Below, piece by piece: positions 1-10,300 of a stretch of DNA of 64,000 nt (position 1 is its first letter; each line of letters begins with the position of its first letter). The notes beneath the pieces are model-generated. The model made no database searches. It saw only the letters and a list, made by a program, of their open reading frames with translations, and had not been told where the DNA came from. The DNA comes from Octopus vulgaris. Its lineage: Eukaryota. The DNA lies in NCBI GenBank assembly GCA_951406725.2, contig OX597831.1:73346001-73410000 (forward strand). The letters run 5' to 3'. Made by a program: the position numbers and the translations under genes.

Positions 1-739
1 TTGTTGTCTGGCCCCAGTTCAGCCCTGAATAAGCACATCCTGCGGTTCAAGATGTTCCAACTGTGACCTTCCCATCTTTTTGTATATCTAGGACTATGTG
101 TCTCTTCTTTTCATTGATGGTAGGGTGTGATTTGAAAGAATTTGGCTGCTATTTTTAGTAGGTCAAGTGATGATAGTTTTCTTTTTTTTTTTTTTTGTTT
201 AAAAATATATGGTGGTCATTGCAATGTGACAGTTTGTTCACTGATCTGTTTTGGTCATGTATGGTGTGTAATGTAAGTACCTGAGGTGGGGCAAAGGTTT
301 GTACAAAAAATAAAGGAAGGAAAAAAATCCCCACCCCAAAATAAGAAGGTCAAATGGTAATAAAAGTGGAGAGAACAGTTGTTTGTTGGTAACTAGTCAG
401 TTCCTATCCATTCAGGCACAAAGATGTTGTTTTATTAAAATTCTGTCGACTGTTTTCTAGTAACAGCTTGTAAACTGACGAAGTTGCTGATAAAAAAAAC
501 ACCCACCATCTGTTACATATCGATGAGGTTGTAGATCATAATTGGCTTTTTTTAACTGGTTTCTCGCTTTTATGATTGATCCATGTATTTTATTGTCGGT
601 GTTGTTACCTTTGTGACACTTGTTCACGATTCAGGTGTAACTTAGTGTGCATTGTTACCATTCATTCCACAGTCTTCAACATTGACTTTACATGTCACAA
701 CAAGATAGATTCCTCTACTTTTTGATCTCATTTCTTCTT

Positions 740-784
740 ATATATGTGTATGTGTGTATATATATATATATATCTATATATATA

Positions 785-835
<51 letters not shown>

Positions 836-1336
836 ATGTATATGTATGTATATGTATGTATATATGTATGTATATATATATGTATGTATATATATATGTA
901 TGTATATATATATGTATATATATATATATGTATATATGTATGTATATATATATATATATATGTGTGGCAGTCGCCACTACACACATTTTTCTCTCTCCTT
1001 GTTATTTCTGTGTTCGTAGGCTCGAAATGTAAAAGACTTTTTCTATTCCCGAGCGTTATACTAATACAGCTGTTTGTTTTGTACACCACCGGTCTTTGTC
1101 TTTTGTTTTTTTTCGTGAACTCTCCCGATATATATATATACTTATATATATATATGTATATATATATATATCATGTATATATATCATGTATATCATGTAT
1201 ATATGTATATATATCATGTATATATGTATGTATAAATGTATATATGTATATATATATGTATAAATGTATATATGTTTGTATATATATATGTATAAATGTA
1301 TATATGTATGTATATATATATATATATATATGTATG

Positions 1337-1371
<35 letters not shown>

Positions 1372-1668
1372 GTATATATATATGTATATATGTATGTATA
1401 TATGTATGTATATATGTATATATATATATATATATGTATGTATATATATGTATATATATATATGTATGTATATATGTATGTTTTTTTTTATATATATATG
1501 TATATATATATATATATGTGTATATTTATTTATATATATATATATATGTGTGTATATGTATATATATGTATGTGTATATGTGTATATATGTATATATATG
1601 TATGTGTATATGTGTATATATATATATATGTATGTGTATATTTGTATATATATATGTATGTGTATATT
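740..1668. repeat. Compound (TA)n/(TATG)n/(TG)n microsatellite, interrupted at ~963-1128
   Basis: Directly visible. Confidence 0.95.
963..1128 (+). mobile_element. Diverged second copy of the Penelope-like terminal repeat seen at ~2330-2529, embedded in (TA)n
   Basis: Shares cgtaggctcgaaa.gt.aaagac, ttcc.gagcg..atactaataca and cttttgttt...cgt.aac with 2381-2529. Confidence 0.6.
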
Positions 1669-1869
1669 CGCTCTTATACGCCATTTGGTCTCAACTCTCC
1701 CCCCCTCCTCATCTAGCCCCCCTCTCCCCCCTCCTCATCTAACCTCCCCCCGACCCCTACTTCTCTTCAGTCCTTCATCCTTTCACCCCTACTCCTCTTC
1801 CCTTCTTCCCTCTTTCTCCCTCCCTCCTTCCCTCTTCCCCTTCCCTCTTTCTCTCTGCTCCCTCACTCC

Positions 1870-1900
<31 letters not shown>

Positions 1901-2528
1901 CCCCTCTCCCTCTATCCTCCCTCCTCCTCTCCCCTCCTCTTCTCCTCTCCTTCCTTCTCCCCCTTCCCCCTCCTCTTCTCCCCTTTCCTTCTCCCCTCTT
2001 CTCCCCCTCCCCTCTCCCCCTCCCCTCCCCCTCCCCTCTCTCCCCCTTACCTCCCCCCTCTTCCCTCATCTCCTCTCTCTACACTACACCATACGACTTT
2101 ACACATCACATCATATATACATATACACGTCCAGACCTCTCATACGCACTAATACTCTCTCATACACACACACACACTCTTCTCATACACACACACTCTT
2201 ATGTTGGAGCGAGGTCATTTAACCCTATTATCTCCCCTAATTTTGCTCTTGCGTCTCACGTTTGATCTTTGACTTCTGGCCGAAATCAGATCGCCATGTT
2301 GATTTGCTAGCCTCTGCACGCATTTTTTTTCCTCTCCTTCTTTCTGTGTTTTTTTCTCTGTGTATCTTTCTGTTGAAGAGCGTAGGCTCGAAACGTTAAA
2401 GACTTGTTTTATTTATATTCCTGAGCGCCATACTAATACAATTGTTTGTTTGTATTCCACCTGCCTTCGTCTTTTGTTTATTTCCGTAAACCTGCCTTCG
2501 TCTTTTGTCTATTTTCATAAAGCTTCCC

Positions 2529-2529
<1 letters not shown>
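1669..2529 (+). mobile_element. 5'-truncated Penelope-like retroelement 3' end: GIY-YIG C-terminal remnant, CT-rich UTR, hammerhead-like motif at 2365-2402
   Basis: Peptide RSYTPFGLN resembles the L.T..P.GLN end of PLE GIY-YIG endonucleases. Hammerhead-like core downstream; both ends abut (TA)n. Confidence 0.6.
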
Positions 2530-2575
<46 letters not shown>

Positions 2576-2621
2576 TATATGTATGTATATATGTATGTAT
2601 ATATGTGTATATATGTATGTA

Positions 2622-2666
<45 letters not shown>

Positions 2667-2899
2667 ATATGTATATATATATGTATGTGTATATATATAT
2701 GTATGTATATATGTATGTGTATATATGTGTGTATGTATATATGTATGTATATATGTATGTATATGTGTGTGTATATATATATGTATATATATATATATAT
2801 ATATGTATGTATATATGTATATATATATGTATATATATGTATATATGTATGTATATATATATATATATATGTATGTGTATATGTGTATATATGTATGTA

Positions 2900-2962
<63 letters not shown>
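2530..2962. repeat. (TA)n/(TATG)n microsatellite
   Basis: Directly visible. Confidence 0.95.
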
Positions 2963-2964
<2 letters not shown>

Positions 2965-2973
2965 TTATCATCA

Positions 2974-4848
2974 TTGGATCAGGTAATGAAGGTCACGGAG
3001 AGAGTTAGTTTAGACAGGATGCAATTTGGGTTTGTGCCAGGGATGCTATATTTCTGGTAAGGCAGCTGCAGGAGAAATACTTAGCTAAAGATAAACCTCT
3101 GTACCTGGCTTTTGTTGACATGGAGAAAGCCTTTGATAGGGTCCCCCTGATCCCTTATCTGGTGGTCAATGAAGTAACTATGGATAGATGAATGGTTAGT
3201 GAGAGCTGTGCAAGCCATGTGCAGGGATGCTGTCAGTAAGGTGAGTGTTGGCAACACGTACAGTGAAGAATTCCGGGTAGAAGTAGGAGTCTACCAAGGT
3301 TCAGTCCTCAGCCCCCTCCTATTTATCATAGTCCTCCAGGCAATAACGCAGGAATTCAAGACAGGATGCCCCTGGGAGCTCCTGTATACTGATGACCTTG
3401 CTCTAATTGCTGAGTCACTATCAGAACTAGAGAAGTTACGAGTGTGTAAACAAGTATTAGAATCAAAGGGCCTTAGAGTCAACGTAGCTAAAACCAAAGT
3501 CCTAATAAGTAGGAAGGTAGACAAATCACAAACGCCTTCAGGTAGATGGCCCTGCTCGATCTGTAGAAAAGTTGTAGGTAGAAACTCTATAAGATGCACC
3601 AAGTGTAAGCTATGGACACATAAGAGGTGCAGCAATGTCAAAGGAAGGCTAACTAGGAAGATAGTTTTTGTATGTGGCAGATGCTCAGGAGCAATAAACA
3701 ATGAAAATGCGCAGAGACCAACTTCCGTCACATTCCAGGGAGAAAAACTAGAAGTAGTTGATAGTTTCTGTTACCTAGGTGACAAAGTCAGTAGCGGGGG
3801 GCGGGTGTGCTGAAAGTGTAACTGCTAGAGTAAGAATAGCCTGGGCAAAGTTCAGAGAGCTCTTACCTCTGCTGGTGACAAAAGGCCTCTCGCTCAGAGT
3901 AAAAAGCAGACTGTATGATGCATATGTACGAACAGCCATGCTACATGGCAGTGAAACATGGGCCGTGACTGCTGAGGATATGCGTAAGCTCGCAAGAAAT
4001 GAAGCCAGTATGCTCCGATGGATGTGTAATGTCAGTGTTCATACTCGACAGAGTGTAAGTACCTTGAGAGAAAAGTTGGACCTAAGAAGCATCAGTTGTG
4101 GTGTGCAAGAGAGATTTTTGCGCTGGTATGGTCATGTGGTGAGAATGGATGAAGATAGTTGTGTGAAAATGTGCCACACCCTAGCGGTTGAGGGAACCTG
4201 TGGAAGAGGTAGACCCAGGATAACCTGGGATGAGGTGGTGAAGCACGACCATCAAAGGAAGTCTCACCGAGGAAATGACTAGAGACCGAGACCTTTGGAA
4301 GTATGCTGTGCATGAGAAGACCCGGCAGGACAAGTGAGACCATAACCCGTGGCCTCAGTCCACTTATGTATACCTTTCCTTCTTGGGACACAAAACTCTA
4401 CTTGTGAAGACTAGTTGAGGCAAGTGAAAATCAAAATCAAAATCGATCAACATCAATGGAAATTGTAGCTGTGATACCAGTGCCGGCGGCACATAAGAGA
4501 ACCCTCCGAACGTGGCCGTTCCTGGCTGGCCTCCGTGCCGGTGGCACATAAAAGGCACCATCCGATTGTAGCTGTTGCCAGCCTCGCCTGGCCTCCGTGC
4601 CGGTGGCATGTAAAAAGCACCATCCGATCGTGGCCGTTTGCCAGCCTCGTCTGGCACCTGTGCCGGTGGCACGTAAAAATCACCCACTACACTCATGGAG
4701 TGGTTGGCATTAGGAAGGGCATCCAGCCGTAGAAACATTGCCAGATCAGACTGGGCCTGGTGCAGCCTTCTGGCTTTTCCAGACCCCAATTGAACCGTCC
4801 AACCCATGCCAGCATGGAAAGCGGATGCTAAACGATGATGATGATGAT
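2974..4848 (+). mobile_element. 5'-truncated, frameshifted RTE-clade LINE (RT domain with embedded PHD finger, long repetitive 3' UTR, (GAT)n tail)
   Basis: [79 protein letters not shown]; tail aaacgatgatgatg. Stops and frameshifts present. Confidence 0.92.
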
Positions 4849-4851
4849 ATA

Positions 4852-5226
4852 TACTCTTTTACACGTTTCAGTCATTTGACTGCGGCCATGCTGGAGCACC
4901 GCCTTTAGTCGAGCAAATCAACCCCGGGACTTATTCTTTGTAAGCCCAGTACTTATTCTATCAGTCTCTTTTGCCGAACGGCTAAGTGACGGGGACGTAA
5001 ACACACCAGCATCGGTTGTCAAGCAATGCTAGGGGTACAAACACAAACACATACATATACATATATACGACAGGCTTCTTTCAGTTTCCGTCTACCAAAT
5101 CCACTCACAAGGCTTTGGTCGGCCCGAAGCTATAGTAGAAGACACTTGCCCAAGGTGCCACGCAGTGGGACTGAACCCGGAACCATGTGGTTGGCAGACA
5201 AGCTACTTACCACACAGCCACTCCTG
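4852..5226 (-). mobile_element. tRNA-derived SINE family A (~400 bp, octopus OR-like)
   Basis: Minus-strand head aggagtggctgtgtggtaag..ggttccgggttcagtccc (A/B boxes), ccttgggcaagtgtc, central (TA)/(TG) tract, gaaacgtgtaaaagag tail; about 20 related copies in the window. Confidence 0.9.
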
Positions 5227-6111
5227 TATATATATATACATGCACACAGACATACTTAAATGTATTTGTTGAACCTAGAAACCAAACGTTTGTCTTGTTT
5301 TTTTTCTCCCTTCCGTTGCATTGTCGAGGATTATTTTTTTTAAACAGTTGAAGTGTCTCCAGAACAAATCGAATACAATTTGTTTTGTTCTTTACCTGTC
5401 TACTCGTGTGAAAACTGCTATGAATTCATTGATCCATATTGATATAATATCAACTGTTATTAATTGTGCTGGCTTTATTGCTTTTTATTTCTGATGGTCA
5501 TTGCTGTTGCTGAGGTTTTTTTTTGTTTTTCATTGCTAGTTTTTCTCTTTTTTGTGGTGGGTAGTTTCTTTTCTTTCATTTTTGTGTTTTCTTTTTTCAG
5601 TCTTCGTGGAAAGTATGAATGTATTTAAATGCTGTTAGTCGTTCTCATCCATGTAAAATTTTATTGTTAAAATTTATCTACAATAAACTGGTTCTACTTC
5701 CACAATACACAAAATGATTTAACAAATTTTCTTTTTTTTATGCAAGTCCTAATAATATTTAATTATAAAAATACAAGGGGATTTTTTAAAACATCAAATG
5801 GCTACAAGGGTCCATCTGAGTAAAATAGGAATCAAAAGGTTCCTGAGGTAAAAGAATTAAAAAAAAAGGGGTGGGGTTAGGAACGACTGCATTAGTATCT
5901 TTCATAGTAATCTTATAACAGATAGTATGATGAGAAATATGAAGATGGTGGCATAGATGGAGAGGATGATGAAGACAGCAATAACGAGGATGAAACAAAT
6001 GTGTTGCATGGACAAAATTCAATAGCATCTGCTAAATATTCACTGAATAAAGAAATGGTGTGTCAATGGTTGTATTTGAGTATTAAGAATCATAGTATTT
6101 CAATTGGTTTC

Positions 6112-6665
6112 TACTCTTTTACTTGTTTCAGTCATTTGACTGCGGCCATGCTGGAGCACCGACTTTAGTCGAGCAAATTCACCCCGGGACTTATTCTTTG
6201 TAAGCCCAGTACTTATTCTATCGGTCTCTTTTGCCGAACCACTAAGTGACAGGGACGTAAACACACAGCATCGGTTGTCAAGCAATGCTAGGGGGACAAA
6301 CACACACACACACAAACACACACATACATGTCACGTAAAAAGCACCCACTACACTCGCGGAGTGGTTGGCGTTAGGAAGGACATCCAGCTGTAGAAACAC
6401 TGCCAGATCAGACTGGAGCCTGGTGCAGCCCCTGGCTTTCCAGACCCCGGTCGAACCGTCCAACCCGTGCTAGCGCGGAAAGCGGACGTTAAACGATGAT
6501 GATGATAGGCTTCTTTCAGTTTCCATTTACCAAATCCACTCACAAGGCATTGGTCGGCCCGGGGCTATAGCAGAAGACATTTGCCCAAGATGCCACACAG
6601 TGGGACTGAACCCGGAACCATGTGGCTGGTTAGCAAGCTACTTACCACGCAGCCACTCCTGCGCC
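6112..6665 (-). mobile_element. SINE family A copy with an RTE 3'-tail fragment (+, ~6330-6506) inserted in its central microsatellite
   Basis: Near-identity to other family A copies on both sides of an aaaagcacccactacac...aaacgatgatg block. Confidence 0.88.
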
Positions 6666-7309
6666 TATTGATGTATTTCTGAAAATTACTGCTAACTCGT
6701 TACCTTTCAGATTACTTCATCAAATGTAATTCTTATTTATTTACATTCATTTGACTTATTGCATTACTTCATAGTTTTGAGATGATTGTGTGACTGGACC
6801 TTTGTTTTTTTTTTTTGTTTTTTTGGGGGGTTTTTTGGAATGATATTGTAGGATCGGTGTAAGGGGTCACAGATCTGGTCAGTTTGAACATAAAACATGG
6901 TCTGGATATGGCCAGTTTAAATGCTGCTGTGGTTGCTTAGGTCTGGTGCTGCTCTATCGTATCTACCAGTTGTGAATGAAGACTGAGTTCAATCTGCTTG
7001 AAATAATGACTAAATCTCCCTCAAATCACATTCTTTTTCTTAAAAAAAAACAAAAAACGAATACACTGTTTCTCCTCCTCTTCCTCCTCTCCTTTTTCTA
7101 TCACCTCCTCTTTCTCCACCAGTCTTTTATACTCTGCTTCCACCCACTCCTCTTTTCCCTCCTATCTTCTTTCTTTCTTCGTTTTTCTCTTCCTTTTTCT
7201 TTTCCTGCTCCTTTTCCTTTACCTCATTCTTATATTTCTCCCTTTACCTCCTCCTCCTCCTCACCACCACCATCAGCCATTTATAGTATCTTCTTTTCTC
7301 TCTTTGCAG

Positions 7310-7359
7310 CCATGGAACCTACAATATGTCAAGCAAGTTGGAGATCAAATTTACAAAGA
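7310..7359 (+). CDS. MGAT4B: MGAT4A/B-like coding exon ([17 protein letters not shown])
   Basis: Polypyrimidine tract and tgcag acceptor, ga|gtaagt donor. It is 50 nt, phase 0-2, and joins in frame to the 11976 exon at the position of the short exon expected before the [14 protein letters not shown] motif. Confidence 0.8.
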
Positions 7360-10300
7360 GTAAGTAGTTGTTGTAGTTGTGTGAGAAAGGGAGTAACCAG
7401 ACAGGGGCCACTCCATGACCCCTTTTAGTAATATCCTACATGGAATACGTAATCCTTACTATGCAGGCCTCTGCACTCCTTCTATCCTGGCACTTCTGTA
7501 AGTCACCTGTATTCTCAGCAGTTCCTGGCCCTTCTGTAGGTCATCTCTACAATCAACTGAGACTGATCTTCCTTTAAGTCACCTGCACACTTCTTCTAGT
7601 CGTTGAGGTTTTTGAAATTTGGGTTATTTTATTATTATTTTTTATTATTTTTTGGATCACCTCTGCATTGGAGAGGCATAATGGCCATATAGTTACGATA
7701 ATGTTCTACAAGGTAACATGGTGGTGGAACAATGTGGTTGACAGGGCTATTAGAGAAAAGAAACAGGCTTAGAAGGACTGGAAGAACGGTGGTAGCAGGG
7801 AATTGTATCAGACTGTCAGAAGGGAAGCTAGGAGGCAGGTTTATTTAGCCAGAGGGGAAGCAAATAAGAAAAAATTTGCCAATGTTCTGCGCTGTGAAGA
7901 CCAAAGACTTGAAGTATTTTGTGTTGCAAGACAGTGTGTGAGAGAGATTCGTGATGTGGTAGGAGAGAAATGTGTCCACATGGATGATGGTTCACTTGCA
8001 CTAAACGAGGCTGCAAAGAGAGAGGTTTGGAGATGCCACTACGAAAGGTTGCTCAATAAAGAAAATGAATGGGAGAAAGAGAGTCTGCCGAATGTTGACC
8101 CAACAGAGGAACCAGCTAACTAAAACCAAAGTCCTAATAAGTAGGAAGGCAGCTTGTGAAGACCTGTTGAGGCAAGTGAAATCAAAATCAAATTCGATGA
8201 CAGCACCGCATGACTGGCATCTGTGCTAGGGGAGCGCTAAGAGCACCATCTGAGCGTGATCTTTGCCAGAGCCACTGACTGGCCCTCATGCCAGTGGCAC
8301 ATAAAAAGCAACATTAGAGCATGATCGTTACCAGCATTGCCTTACTGGCACTTGTGCTGGTGGTATGTGAAAAACAACGTTTGAGCGATGGCGTTGCCAG
8401 TGCCACTGGACTGGCTTCTGTGCAGGTGACATGTAAAAACACCATTTGAGCGTGGCTGTTGCCAGTATAGCCTGACTGGCCCTCGTGCCGGTGGCACATA
8501 AAAGCACCCACTACACTCTCGGGGTGGTTGGCGCTAGGAAGGGCATCCAGCTGTAGAAACTCTGCCAGATAAGATTGGAGCCTGGTGCAGCCATCTTGCT
8601 CACCAGTCCCCAGTCAAACCGTCCAACCCATGCCAGCACGGAAAACGGACATTAAATGATGATGATGATGATGAATGTTCTACAAGCTATTGAATTATGT
8701 GTCTAAATCTATAATGGTTGTTTTTGTATCTCTAGGCAGAACTTTTTGTTCTGTTTCTATTAGAAATAGGTACCTGAACATTTTTGGAATTTATTAGTGG
8801 TAGAACAGTGTCTTGTACAGAGGAAGATTTGTTTCTTCCCCACGTCACCCTAAAGAAATAACTGTTGAGGAGTGATCCATTGGAATTACTTCTGCACTGG
8901 AGTCACCCTATAACACCCCTTCATGTTACTGAGGTACAGCTGAAGAAAGACTCGAGTGGGACGGTACATGGGAATGGCGGTCTTATTGCCCCCTTTAGAT
9001 TTGGTATTTTTTGTTATCTCACCCCCATTAAAAAATTGCCATTAAAAAACTGGGTTATCTCACCACAAAAAAAAAAAATGGAGTTTATGTGGCAACAAGA
9101 GATTGGATTAAAAGAGTCAGATCCTTTTGATTCAATACTTCAACACATTGTTGATGTTTGGCCTCCTCAGTAGGAATGGTAGGCTTTGTTATAAGAATAT
9201 TATTAGATTCAAAAGATGTTTAATTTTTTTTCAGTTTTGAATGATTTGTTATAGAAATATCATCAGATTCAAAAAGACGTTTCATCTCTTTATTTAATTA
9301 TTTTTTTTTTTGTTTTATTGAGGGTTAAGCAATTTTTTCTAGCTGAGATAACCAAAAGTACTGATGTTGCTTGTAAAACAGGGCTGGTGCTGGTGGTGGT
9401 GGGAGAAAGCCAAAAAGTACCGTAGATTCAAAGGGGTACCACAAACTGAGGTACTCTTCATTCAGGCAATGCACTGAAGTGTACCTCTCTGCTTCCATTG
9501 GGACTGTTTCAATGTGTCAGTTATACAACACTTTACTGACATTCTGTGAAATAAATCAATAGCAGTGTGTGTGTGTGTGGGGGGGGGATGTCCTTTCTGT
9601 TATTCTTTCTTTTTTTGTTGTTTCTGTTAAATCTTTGTTTTTGCTCCCTATTGGTATTTCAGGGTTTCTCCCATTTGTTTTTTTCTTTTGTAACTCCCTT
9701 CTCGTTTCTGTTTTTGTATTGTCCTCAATGTTTTGGCTCTTGTGGCCAATAACAAATAATTATTTGGAAAAATTTTTTCTTTGATGTCTGCTGTATTTGC
9801 TCCTTGTCCCCTGGGTGCCACCCCAAAATCTGAAGTCTATAATGAATATAATGTCCTTAACACATTGGATGATGATATGATGTAAAACTCTCGGAGAAAT
9901 TATAAACAAAAGGACATGGGTGCAAGAATGCTCAATTAAGACATAAAGCTATGATATTTAAGGTGTTAGAGTTCTTTGTAAAAATGTGCACGATGTCAAT
10001 TAGGGTTATTTTTCTGTATGTCTTTTAAGCGTGTCTGAATTTTTTTGAATTTATTATTCTTTTATTCTTTTGGTAACAGTTACTTAGTAAGTGACAACCA
10101 GTAAACTAGGGTGGTCGTCATTGTAGTGAAACATTATTGTTCAGCACAGTTTCCAGTCCTGTTGGTTTTTCATTCTTGGTTGTGGTTAAGAAGCTTGCTT
10201 CCCAATCACATGGTTCTGGGTTCAGTCCCACTGCTTGGCACCTTGGGCAAGTGTCTTCTACAAAACAGAGGGAAGAGAAAAAAAAAAAAGAAATATTTCA

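Noticed and set aside
692-3060. Long Y/I/M/C/V-rich ORFs (also 39242-39977, 42503-43717, 52672-53170)
   Set aside because: Translations of (TA)/(TG) microsatellites that lack stop codons; no coding signal.
3199-4282. Intact reverse transcriptase gene
   Set aside because: 5'-truncated, upstream stops, a frameshift near 3800 and YTDD at the active site; it is a dead RTE copy.
5590-5640. Strong-looking acceptor (ttttttcag) as a candidate upstream MGAT4 exon
   Set aside because: No frame gives the expected GIPT/S..R..SYL motif, and stops follow quickly; the upstream exons must lie outside the window.
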